From: Tubulanus polymorphus
Taxonomy: Eukaryota; Animalia; Nemertea
Direction: 5' to 3'
DNA: 64,000 bases
Assembly (NCBI RefSeq): GCF_964204645.1
Contig: NC_134033.1
Coordinates: 1,198,131 to 1,262,130, forward strand
The notes under the pieces were generated by a model. It was not told where the DNA came from and did no database searches. It saw nothing but the letters and a program-made list of their open reading frames with translations. The position numbers and the translations under genes are program-made. This document shows positions 45,613-56,976 of the stretch, one piece after another (position 1 is the first letter of the stretch; the number at the start of each line of letters is the position of its first letter).

Positions 45613-45625
45613 CGCCCCCTGGTGG
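45613..45625 (-). promoter_or_regulatory. CTCF-like motif CCACCAGGGGGCG
   Basis: Exact match to the bilaterian CTCF core consensus; function not shown. Confidence 0.35.
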
Positions 45626-46982
45626 TGCGTTTATTGATTAGGGAGATCGTCGCGAAAGGGGGCGATTTATGACGGTGATTTTTATAACAATCTTCATGAA
45701 ACTTAGGCCTGAAAATGTCTACCTTGCCCTTACTGAAATGATATGGATGCCTCCACAAATCCCCCTATGATATCATCGCAAGGCTTAGCGATTTGATCCG
45801 TAGACCTTTCTAGAAAAGATGGCTGTAGCTTTCGATCCCCCAATGACATCACAACTATGGATATGCTGATTGTATCTATAGACTATAACACAAGACATGG
45901 GTCTACCCCTGTAAATCCCCCTATGACATCATCAAAGTCCCACTACTAGTTTGATCTATAAATCCTTTTAGAAAAGATGACTGCCTCCATCAATCCACCT
46001 ATGACATCACTGGTTACCATAATCGATGAAGTCTGGTATGGTTAATGAATCAAATCCACTGGACAGTCTGATGATGTCATAGGTGGAAGTATGAAGGCAG
46101 ACTTCGCTCCTAACAATCTGTGTATAGCTGCAGGATAACTTTTTATGCGTTGAAATTTTTGGTGGAATTTTGGTTTCGGGGTTGATGTGTTTTGCTAAAT
46201 GTCGCTAATATTGATATCGGGCATTGATTAGTATTTATGTCATTATTGAGTTGAATTAATTTGTTTATTTATTGTCAAGGCAGCTGAACCGGGTTTTAAT
46301 TTTCTTTTCATAAAAGACATGTACGTAATAATACTTGATATGCGGATCATTAGCCAAAACAAGATTCCATTTCCACCCAGTTCCACAGTTGCGCGAGTTT
46401 AACTCGACTCTGAATCCAGTTCCACACTTGTGTGGGTTTAATTTGACTCTGCATCCAGTTCCACAGTTGTGTGAGTTTAATTGTTCCACTGTTGTGCGGG
46501 TTTGATTCAACTCTGAACCCAGTTTCACAGTTGTGTGGATCTAATTTGTCTCTGGTTCCAGTTCCACAGTTGTGTGGAGTTAATTTGTTTCTGTATCCAG
46601 TTCCTCAGTACTGGTTCGAGTTATGACTCTTGATTACAATAATAAGAATATTCTGTGATTTTGTTTGTGCCATATTCAATCTCCCTCCTCTCTCCCCTCT
46701 CCCCCCACTCCTCTCCCTCTGCCCTCTCTCTTAGTTTGCATAATTTCAGGTTTTCTGTTCAAATGAACCAAGTATCTATCGATCTATATTCATATACTGT
46801 TAACGCTTGACTAAATATATTTACGTTCAAATCTATATTTTTTCCGCTTCTGAGGCGCCAACCGTCCGACCGAATTAGTAACAATAAATACCGGACACGC
46901 GGGTGGGATTTACGTTCGGAACCGGGATTTATTTAATCCCGACTATTTAGCTATCCGTCTGTTACATTTAGTCTGTATATTG

Positions 46983-47025
<43 letters not shown>

Positions 47026-47127
47026 TGAAAGTCCCGTAGATGGTGAACCCTGGCAAGCGAGGTTTTAAACTTTATAGAACATAAAATCGCTTGAATAATT
47101 AGAAGAAAAATAACAAAAGTGCCAACA

Positions 47128-47133
<6 letters not shown>

Positions 47134-47205
<72 letters not shown>
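47134..47205. repeat. (TA)n microsatellite; (ATT)n runs at ~46986-47020 and ~47330-47370
   Basis: Direct. Confidence 0.95.
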
Positions 47206-47212
<7 letters not shown>

Positions 47213-47328
47213 TAATCATGTAAAATGTATAACTTTTCTGAATACCATTGATTGTACATAAAAATAAAAATATATAACTGAAATTATTATCGAAATATAA
47301 ACATGATAATGATAATAATTGATGATCA

Positions 47329-47371
<43 letters not shown>

Positions 47372-48419
47372 TCTGTGTTGTTTATTTGATGTTGGTTATA
47401 TTAACTTGATGAACACGCTTCTCGGCAATAAAAAACAATGGCTGAAAAAAGTGACGGAAAATTAAAACCATCTCTCTGAATTATATATTAAAAACGTGTC
47501 GGTGTTATTTGATTTTTGTTGGTTTTCTCAATTTCCTCAAATCTCTTGAATATCTGTAGACTTCAACAATTCACTTTTTGTCAATATATCCGTTGATGGA
47601 ATCTGGTTAAAGTCTATGTCTGGGTAAAAGTGCAGATCCGCACCTCTGGTGAATGGTTCAAGTCTGTTACGACACTGCCAGTCCTGGGCCCAGTTCCTAA
47701 GTCATGGACTTAAGACCAATTTAAGGCCATCTTAGTTCTATAGCCAATCTAACAACTTAAGACCAGTCTAAGACCAACTTAGTTCTATAGCCAATCTAAC
47801 AACTTAAGATCAGTCTTGAAATTTGAAACCATTTTTGGACTCGAGTCTCAACTGAGGAACCGGCCGGAGTCAAGACCAACTTAGTTCTATAGCCAATCTA
47901 ACAACTTAAGAAATTAAAGAAACGCCCAAATTCGGATATGAAATGATTTTATTTCGTTCAATCACCGACTGAATACGTGGATATACATTAAATGCGAAAA
48001 AAGAGAGAGGAAGCATCGTGCAAAAAAAACAACTTTAAAATCGAAAAATAGCAAAAAATACTGACCCCGCTAAACTTTATTCCCCGGTACAAAAAAGCGA
48101 ACGACATCAATAAATAATAATAATAAAAGCTGCAATTTTACACTTATTCAATGATTAAATGGTTTCGCGAAAAAAGCATCACAAAAATGACGATCTACAG
48201 GAAGGTCGCTACGCGTTTCTATAAGACCCTCAAAATGCCGAGGGCTCTATCAGGGTCCGATCTAAGGAATGAAAGCCACTTGCCCCGGGGGCAAGCATAT
48301 CTGGAATTTCGCTTTAGGGATTTTAGAGCCCACTCCATGATACTCTCAACGCCTTGAATTGATTAACCATTCCCATTTCAAAACTATTAAGGACCTTCAA
48401 GGACTGCTATGATTCACCT

Positions 48420-48743
48420 TGCAATCTTAGAACTGATGCTAATGAATTCTACCGTAACATGATTTGGTTAATCTGTTTTTTTGAGTTGTCGCCAAACCTT
48501 GGCGCAAACTTAAAACTGACGCAAATGAAGTCTACCGAAACCTGATTTGGTTAATCTGTATTTTTGAGTTATCGCCAAACCTTGGCGCCATCTTAAAACT
48601 GATGCAAAAGAATTCTACCGAAACATGATTTGGTTAATCTGTTTTTTTGAGTTATCGCCAAACCTTGGCGCCATCTTAAAACTGATGCAAAAGAATTCTA
48701 CCGAAACATGATTTGGTTAATCTGTTTTTGGAGGTGTCGCCAG
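48420..48743. repeat. 83-bp tandem repeat overlapping the PIGZ stop codon and 3'UTR
   Basis: TTAATCTG at 48468, 48551, 48634 and 48717. Confidence 0.88.
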
Positions 48744-50488
48744 TTTATCCTCGAGCGTGACTTTATACAGCTGTAGACTGAGCACGTGCGACCAGCGATC
48801 GGCCGCGGTCATCCTCGCGCATTCCGCCTCGTGTAGACAATACCGCTCGCACCAGGCGGCGCCGCTAGTCGTCGCCATCAGCTCCGCTTTCCAATCGGGC
48901 GGATCTTCGAAACTCAAATGCGGCCCGAAGCTACCGATCAGCTGGTAGAACCCGCGCTCGCGACAGAGGTCATTTTCCAAAGTCGCCGGCAGAACGATGT
49001 AAATCTCGGTTTTCTTAGCGTGACCGGTCGCTTTGTGGTCGTCGATGATATTATTGATTTTATACTCGAGATTGCGAACCTCGGCGCCGGCGAGGTCGTG
49101 AACGCGAACCTTCTGACGATAAACGCGCTCGGCTTCGCGCGCCGATATATTCGCGGGTACGTAACCGACCGCGTCGAACTTATTAACGGTTAATAGGTGG
49201 AGTGGCGGCATGTAGGTGTGGTAGAAGACGACGTGGTAGTCGGTTTGCGTCGAAGCCTCGGAGCGTAGGTGGCGCTGCAAGTAGCTCAAACACGGGTACA
49301 GCCCCGCCTGGTGGAATAACGCGTAAACTAGGAACGCTGTTAAGTTGAATACGAGCCAGGTGGCGCCGACGATCGTCCACGGGATTCCCGCGAAACGCCG
49401 CTGCCCGATCAGGAGTAAAACGGGCGCGATAAGCGGCACGACGAACCGCGGTTCTTGATGCGGGAACGCGGAGAGTCCGGCGAGCGGAACCGCGACGCAC
49501 AACGCGAACGCCGTTTGGATCTTGCGACACCGGCGTAACGCTACATCGCGTACGGACTGCGCCAACGCCATCAACGCCAAGAACACAACCGGTCCGAACA
49601 ACAGCGGTAAATTGACGAGCGAATGTAGGAAATACGGATGAACGCCGTGTTCGGCGAGGTTCCGCCGATCCGAGTTATAGACGACGAAATTCACCGGCGT
49701 CACCACCAACGCGTTCATCAATTCCAAAACCGAGTCCAAAACCGGTTTTTTCTTCGACGCGAAGACGCCGTCGAAAATCAACGCGCGGATATTTTCCGAG
49801 TTGTAGTAATACGAATCGGCGGATATGAACGCGATCGCGGTGGCGCCGCCTATCGCGAAAAACGAAACTAACCGATTAAGCGAGCGCGCCCGGTCTTCGA
49901 ACAGCCAGACCGCGGCGGGCACCGTCGCGTAAAAGATAAAAGTCGGACGGTTGAAAATTCCGGCGACGATGATAACGGGAACGCAGGCCGCGACGACCGG
50001 GTTCGAGCGGTAAGCGTCGACGGTCTCCGTACGAGTAACCGTGGCAACGTTACCGTCGCGGTCAACAGAGGTCGCTTTGTGTCGTCGGGTTCGCGTGTAC
50101 TTACGGCCGCGATTCGCGAATACGCAACAGAGCAGCGTCGTCGTTAGCAACAGCTCGATCGCGTTCGACAGAGTCCTCGTGGCGTAGACGGTCGCGACGT
50201 ACGAACCGGCAAATCCGAGAACGAGTCCGGCCGTCGGGAGTCCGCGTTTTCGACATATCCGAAACAGGAATAGGTCGTTGAGGAAGCTGAGCGCGACCAT
50301 CGCGACACGCGGGAACACGGTCAGCGTGTACGCGTCGACGAAGTCCGCGTCCGCAAAATAGTTATCGGCGACGTACTTAAGAATCCGGAACGGCAGTCCG
50401 GCGGTCACGTACGGGAACGCTATACAGCGTATCGGTCGCGGGCCGCGGAATTCCCACGTACGCAACACTAGGAAATCGAACACATCGC
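48717..50488 (-). CDS. PIGZ: PIGZ exon 2
   Basis: Large ORF; acceptor TTTCAG on the minus strand at 50489-50494. Confidence 0.93.
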
Positions 50489-50889
50489 CTGAAATTTATC
50501 AATAGATGAAATGAAAGTTAACAGATCTGAATCCCAAAGGCTTTGAGGGCCGTTTTCTAAAAATTACTATTTATTATTATTTATTCATTATCATCCCAAT
50601 AAATATTATTTATTCATCACCAAAGTCATACATACTTTTATGGACATGGTTGAACTTTTTTAAGCAACCATACCCGGCCAGGGATTGGGAAGGCCTAAGT
50701 TCACTTAATCAACATTCATTCCCTTCCCCCCCCCCCTAGAAATCCCCGATTTCTTTCCTTACCGGCCAGAACTTCGGGAGATTGAAAAAACTCGTCGGGA
50801 TGGATGTAACCCGGCTGAGGAAGCAGCGACCAAACGATTCTCCAGATCGCTAGAAATATCCAAGCGGCGATCGCGACACCGGACATCAT
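48717..50889 (-). CDS. PIGZ: GPI mannosyltransferase 4 (PIGZ/SMP3, GT22 family), 632 aa
   Basis: complement join(50763-50889, 48717-50488) = 1899 nt, GT-AG intron. Exon 1 [29 protein letters not shown]; exon 2 [71 protein letters not shown]. Confidence 0.93.
50763..50889 (-). CDS. PIGZ: PIGZ exon 1
   Basis: [10 protein letters not shown] motif; donor G/GTAAG. Confidence 0.9.
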
Positions 50890-51419
50890 CAGCTTCTACT
50901 AGAACACAAACAGATTGGATCAAAAAAACGAGGAAAGAACCGTTAAAATACAGCAGAAAAGGCGAGAAATTACCGATTAATCAATCCGAAATAATTGATG
51001 ACAAGAACGTTCGGTCGACGACCTTCGAATAGCCAATATTTACCGTTAACTTAAGCTTGGTGGCAGCACCGTACGGTCCTCTGTAGCCGGTTGCATAGTC
51101 ATAGCTTAGACTTAAGACCTGTCTAAGAACTTAGTTCTATAGCCAATCTAACAACTTAAGACCGGTCTAAGCTCATATTGGTTCTAGCCAAACTAACATC
51201 TTAAGACTAAGATTTAAGTCCACTTTTGGACTTAAGTCACGACTCAGTGCAACTCGGTCCGTCCTCGTGCCCGATTGCAGTCCCGTTAGACCTAAAAGAC
51301 TAGTAAGACCAACCTAGTTCTATAGCCAATCTAAACTTTATAGCAACCACCCGAGAGTCTGCATGATCGGTTTATTTCGTGGGTTAGTGGGTATTTTGGA
51401 GCTTTAGAGCTTTACAGTG

Positions 51420-51540
51420 TAGTCGCTTGTGTTCCGTGACCCTGAGAGCTATGCTGGGGGGGGGGGGGGTATAATATCTCCTGGCAGGTTCAACCATACC
51501 AGACAGGTCTAGGGGTAGAGGCCAGACGAAGATCAGTCGT
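51420..51540 (+). mobile_element. Fragment resembling the conserved 5' structured region of RTE-clade retrotransposons
   Basis: GCTTGTGTTCCGTGACCCTGAGAGCTATGC..CCTGGCAGGTTCAACCATACCAGACAGGTCTAGGGGTAGAGGCCAGACGAAGA resembles, from memory, the Expander/BovB-type RTE 5' motif; not verified by search. Confidence 0.5.
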
Positions 51541-52084
51541 TCTCAGATTTCTTTGGTGGTTCAAATCAGAAACTTACAATTTAGCGTTGCCACAATTATG
51601 ATGTCCATTTTTCTCTACGTGTATTTCGCATTTAGTATCTCAACCTGATGGCTACAGCGATAGCCTCGTTTTATTGACATTTGGGTATAATTGTTGTCCA
51701 AGAATAAAATTGCATTACTATGTGTATTAAATTCTTCGTTCGTTTAAGTTTTATCTCATTAGTTTCAATGTGGTGCTTTTCAATGGTTCATAAAATGCAG
51801 ATAAACTTTAAGGTTTTATCGATATGGACACAATGTGTCCTCGATATCATGATAGTCAATTTTAGCATTCTATCAGCTCGACTACTAATGAACAGTAACT
51901 AAAATATTAACACTAAATTACACAAATGCCTCTAAATAGTTGATATGATAGAATGCTTGATACTTCATGAGGTACATATATAACTTGATGAATTGTCGTC
52001 CTTTTAGATTTTCAAAGTCTAAATTTGTTTGAGGAGAGAATCCCACAATGATAATAAAAAGTCCGAAAATGAAACTTCGAGATA

Positions 52085-52414
52085 GTAGTTTATTTCAACG
52101 TTTCGACTATATCCTAATAATCATCTTCAGGAATACTGTATTCCTTGAGCTAGTGTAGTTTATTTCAACGTTTCGACTATATCCTAATAGTCATCTTCAG
52201 GAATACTGTATTCCTTGAGCTAGTGTAGTTTATTCAACGTTTCGACTATATCCTAATAATCATCTTCAGGAATACTGTATTCCTTGAGCTAGTGTAGTTT
52301 ATTTCAACGTTTCGACTATATCCTAATAGTCATCTTCAGGAATACTGTATTCCTTGAGCTAGTGTAGTTTATTTCAACGTTTCGACTATATCCTAATAGT
52401 CATCTTCGGGAATA
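52085..52414 (-). ncRNA. Tandem array (70 bp x5) of minimal hammerhead ribozymes, Penelope-like element type
   Basis: Minus-strand unit UAUUC-CUGAAGA-U-GACUAU(UAGGAU)AUAGUC-GAAA-CGUU^GAAAUAAA: conserved CUGANGA and GAAA boxes, 6-bp stem II, palindromic AACGUU in place of stem III, AAUAAA immediately after. Cores at ~52091-52136, 52161-52206, 52231-52275, 52300-52345 and 52370-52414 (the last has a U4->C mutation). Confidence 0.75.
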
Positions 52415-53263
52415 ATGAGATACTACAGAAATTATGAGATATATATATATACAATCCAGAGACAAAGAGACTAATTCAAGTAATCAGAGATGATACAAAC
52501 TAAAGGAAAATTAACGTAGAAACAGTTACACGCTAAAATAGATTAAAGGGAAGCAAACTAAGGGGTGATTATAAACAACAAATTTGTTTCTTTTTTTTCT
52601 GGATCGATGACTTGTATGAAATCGTGAGATTGTGATATTGTCGTTGGAAAATATCGTAATAATTATGACTACGGATTGTATACCTATTGTTGTTGCAACA
52701 TTTTTCATTGGATGATTAAATTATGTAAAGGTTTTTCGGTAAACCTAATGTCGTTCGTTTGTATTGAGTATGATATAAACCTCTGTAACCAGTCATCGAG
52801 TCTGGGCTGAGTTGTGATGATATCAGTTTTACTGATTTCATTGAGTCTGTACTTACCTGTACGTTCCACAAAAATAAATAAAGCTTATTGTTTGTAGTTT
52901 GTTTTAAATCAGTGTTAGTTACAAGGGCGTATTTAGCAGGGAGCAAGGGGGTATTTCCCCCCCCCCCCCCCAGAAATTTTGGAAAAGTGTCTCTTTTCCG
53001 AATATCATTGTTATATCCTACAGAAATGCCCATTATTGGGTTTCTCTCTCCCCTAAAATTCTACGGCATTGAGATCAATGATAGCTTCCCCGCAGCGGCC
53101 AAGTTCCTTTAGTTAACTACGATGAAATTTGAAATCAGTTCATTTCTAGGCTAGATGCCGGTAGGCGCGGATCCAGAGGGATTTTTGGCCAACAACGCAC
53201 CAGTTTTCTTATTTGTTCTGTGTCGATTCTCGAGTTTCCTATAGTAATAGATTCTAGCAGCAG

Positions 53264-53372
53264 GACCCAGTTCCACAGTTGTGAGTTAAGGTTTAACTCA
53301 AGTTAACTCATTGAAAATGAACTAACTTAAACTCGGAGTTAACTCTCTAACTCACAACTGTGGAACTGGGTC
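53264..53372. mobile_element. Harbinger-like MITE family A, 25-bp perfect TIR, TSD CAG
   Basis: CAG|GACCCAGTTCCACAGTTGTGAGTTA...TAACTCACAACTGTGGAACTGGGTC|CAG. Confidence 0.88.
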
Positions 53373-54381
53373 CAGTATATTATGTAACAATGTTGGGTTC
53401 GAGTTGTTTGAATATCTCCAGGTGCGGATCCAAAAGAGCTACCAAAAAAAATTTAATCGTTTTCTTGAAGGAATGTACTCAAGACAAAGCGGGCGAATAG
53501 TACTACATAATCTGTACTATCTCATCTATTGTTTGGCCAAACTATATGCCGTATAGACCCCCTATAAGAGATTTTAGTCGGCGGTTTACCGGCATTAACA
53601 TTCTTTATGAAGCCCCTCCTGGAAAAAATCCTGGATAAGCGCGGCCGGCTCCGAAGAGTAATGTCGGGTGAATGTGTGAACTAACTTTCCCCGCGTGCCA
53701 CAGTAAGAATATTGAGCCGCCTAGTTAGTGTATACATTCGCCGTCGATGTAATATGTAGCGGCAGCACCGGACGGTCAAAATCTTGACGCAGTCGGCGGC
53801 GGTCACCATCGGTTAAGTTGTCACTCGTATTTGGGGTCTCAATTTGTATTCCTACTTTGATTCACAAAGCGAACATTGTAAGTCGTCATTTGGTTAACGC
53901 AAATTTGGTCATTGGACCCGTACGTTCCATTTTTTCTTATATCGCACCCCTGAGTAGCCTGAAGTCCTTTGACTGTGAAAATTATCCTGGTTTATTAATG
54001 GCACTTTTGATTTTTATTTTCCGTCGGATTTAGCGGCGAAAATTCACTGCGTGCATTGAAAGTAGATTTGATGATACAATATGTACTGAAGGAGACTGTA
54101 CTGACTTGGAGCAAGTTGTCTTCTCAGTTCTAAACGTGTCTGTCGTGACAGTCCTAAGAGCTCATGTATCAACGACATATAGAGATTCATCTTTGTGAAT
54201 TTTCAAGCACTGTACATGTATACATGTATATTTTATTTTCCATCCGATGAAAATAGTGATAATTCACAGCTTGCGCTGAGAGTAGATCTGATGATAGGGT
54301 GAGTGAGAGACAGAGACAGAGAGACAGAGACAGAGACAGAGAGGAGGTTCGTGTTACTGCAGAGTCACTGATTACACGTCC

Positions 54382-55470
54382 ATGCGCTTCAACATGAATT
54401 CTACCACAATCTCCCCGACTACAGTAAGTCGTTGCTGGTATCCACCTGAAAGATGGGATCACGTTTTCAGTTATAGAATTTACTTGTACGGATATTTTCC
54501 GGCTTCAGTTTTAGGAATGTTTCTAAACTCTGTTTCTATTCTAGTATTCAGAAAGATCGGTCGCGACATTTATCAAACTATAATCATTCTCGCCTGGTTT
54601 GATTTACTGTTTGTTATTTCAGTGTTTCTTCTTTATCCACTTCGAATAATAATTATCTATAGTATACAAAATCGATTTGTTCTCGGCCGTTACGATGACT
54701 GGTTTTTTGGACGCGAAATTATAATCTGGGTTCTACCACTGTACCACACGTTTCAAATGGCAAAAAATTGGGCCGTAGTTATAATCAATTTTGAAAGACT
54801 TCTGGTTGTCGCAAGTCCGCTGTATTTTAAACGATTCTGGAACAAAAAACAAATAATCTTTTTGTCGGTTTTAAACGCATTAACTTCCGCCGTTTCTTTC
54901 TGGCCGTATTATTTTCCACTATATTTACCCGGAAGGACCACATCACACTGTTTTCGTAGTTTATATACAATGAGAACTTTCGGTGGGAAAAGATTTCGAA
55001 CACCTTTTGTTTATAGGATTGACTATGCGTCCAAGTCCGTTTCTTATTCATATATTTTCATGACTGTTCTTGTACCTTTTATTTTTCTAATTGTGATAAA
55101 TCTAACTTTGTTCGGAATTATGATACATAGAAAACTAAATCGAAAGAAACAATTTCACGCAGACGCAGCGGCGCCCGGTGAAAAATCCACCGAACTCAAA
55201 ATATTAAAAGTGGTTCTTATAATTGTAACTGTATTTTTCATCTGTGAAATTCCCGCATCGCTGGACCGTCTGTTAGGTTTCTTTAAAAGAGAGGTTGGAC
55301 TAATCCACAGTCTATCTGAGGATGAACGAATGATGATGCGTAAAGTAGGAATTCTGCTCAGTGTTTTTGACTCATCCGCAAATTTCTTCATTTATTGCGC
55401 AACAAACGGCGCCTTTAGAAAAAGAGCTAAACAGATTTTACTGATAAATTATCTGTGTGATTCTAAATAG
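54382..55470 (+). CDS. Class A GPCR, FMRFamide-receptor-like/Srw-type, copy 1 (362 aa, intronless)
   Basis: N-glycosylation NST, 7 hydrophobic segments, TM1 GMFLN, TM2 LAWFD, TM3 NFERLLVVASP, TM5 VPF, TM6 FFICEIP, TM7 DSSANFFIY, helix 8 FR. Confidence 0.9.
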   Translation: MRFNMNSTTISPTTVSRCWYPPERWDHVFSYRIYLYGYFPASVLGMFLNSVSILVFRKIGRDIYQTIIILAWFDLLFVISVFLLYPLRIIIIYSIQNRFVLGRYDDWFFGREIIIWVLPLYHTFQMAKNWAVVIINFERLLVVASPLYFKRFWNKKQIIFLSVLNALTSAVSFWPYYFPLYLPGRTTSHCFRSLYTMRTFGGKRFRTPFVYRIDYASKSVSYSYIFMTVLVPFIFLIVINLTLFGIMIHRKLNRKKQFHADAAAPGEKSTELKILKVVLIIVTVFFICEIPASLDRLLGFFKREVGLIHSLSEDERMMMRKVGILLSVFDSSANFFIYCATNGAFRKRAKQILLINYLCDSK

Positions 55471-56976
55471 AATAGAAAAAAATAGATCATGACAAGTGAT
55501 AAAAACAACATAAACCAATGCCAATGATATCTTTTATTTCTCATGTATTTTTTATATACAATTATTAAACAGCAACCCGGTATCACGTGTTACTGTTAGT
55601 ACGTTCTCTTATCAACCACGTTATCACTGAAAATGAATAACAAAATTTCATTATGTAAGATTTTTGAGCGAACGCAAATGTTATCAACATTGATGCAAGT
55701 TGGGTAATGTAGAAATCATCCACAAATCAACCCCTAAACCCTGCGCCCTAAAACTTTCAAAAACTGATCGTCCGCACTTCACACGTGTTTAGTACCTCAC
55801 CTGAGACATTTCTAATTGAAAATGAACTACAAACACCAGACATTAGACATTTTATCAGCACACTTTCAAAAACTGATCTTCCACACTTCACATGTGTTCA
55901 GTGCTTCACTTGAGACATTTCAGATTGAAAATGAACTACAAACACCAGACATTAGACATTTTATCAGCACACTTTCAAAAACTGATCATCCACACTTCAC
56001 ATCAGAGACATTTCTAATTGAAAATGAACTACAAACACCAGACATTAGAAATTTTATCAGCACACTTTCAAAAACTGATCATCCACACTTCACATCAGAG
56101 ACATTTCTAATTGAAAATGAACTACAAACACCAGATATTAGACATTTTATCAGCACACTTTCATCAACTGATCGTCCACACACTTCACATGGTGAAGCAC
56201 TGAACACATTTATTGTTTGTAGTTCATAAAATGAGGAGAAGGTTTAGGAGACCGCGTTTAGGAGAAAATCGCTCAGAACATAATGCCACATAAATAATGG
56301 CCCCCAACCTTTCTGATTTTGGAAAGATTCATCGAAAATTCGTTCGTGAATTGTAAATTTTGATCTACGCTTTTCAGAAATTAATACACAGTTAATTGAC
56401 GAGAGTGAACTGGGATGTTTATTTTTACCGTACATTGTTAAACCTTGAAATCAGAATGAAAATTTGTGATATGTTTATTTTATTCTGATGATTCTGCGCC
56501 AAATTTGAATTTGAATGAATGTAATTTAAACCCACAGTTCTCTGTAAGAAGTTTTTGAATTCAAGGTCGTTCGTTTTGCTCAACAATTCAACAGCGATTC
56601 AATGCCTGCCCCACTCGTCGACGAAGTTCCACCCAGATCCTACTTTTCATTCGTTTTCGTTCAAAATATAGAAATGCTTCCGAACTTAGGTGATTTGAGG
56701 AACAATTGTAGCAAAAAGAAGAAATATCTTCGACCTAAAATTGTGAAATTGGTCGTCTTTGCGTCATTCTCAAAGGTTTTCTGCGCAAGTTACTCACAGG
56801 ACCCGCATTTGCGTAGGCACATAAAAAATTCCACTTTCTGAAATTCGAACTCAGACAGAGAGAGGAGGTTTGTGTTACTGCAGAGTCACTGCTTACAAGG
56901 TGAGAGACTGAAGGGAGAGAGAGAGAGAGAGAGGCGGAGAGGTTTGTGTTACTGCAGAGTCACTGATTACAGGTCT

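Noticed and set aside
48757-50065. Overlapping and antisense ORFs in PIGZ (and 3466, 3653 in the FN3 gene)
   Set aside because: Expected by-products of GC/CpG-rich codon usage.
52085-52414. CRISPR-like repeat array
   Set aside because: Units are near-identical end to end with no unique spacers, there are no cas genes and the context is eukaryotic. The same applies to the 68-, 92- and 109-bp arrays.
55728-55755. Telomere-like or telomerase-template sequence (AACCCCTAAACCCTG; also 23830)
   Set aside because: Only 1-2 imperfect units; not significant.
56872-56976. N-terminal extensions of GPCR copies 2-4 in the ORF track
   Set aside because: They begin at GTG/TTG and cross a GA microsatellite; the first ATG aligns with the start of copy 1.
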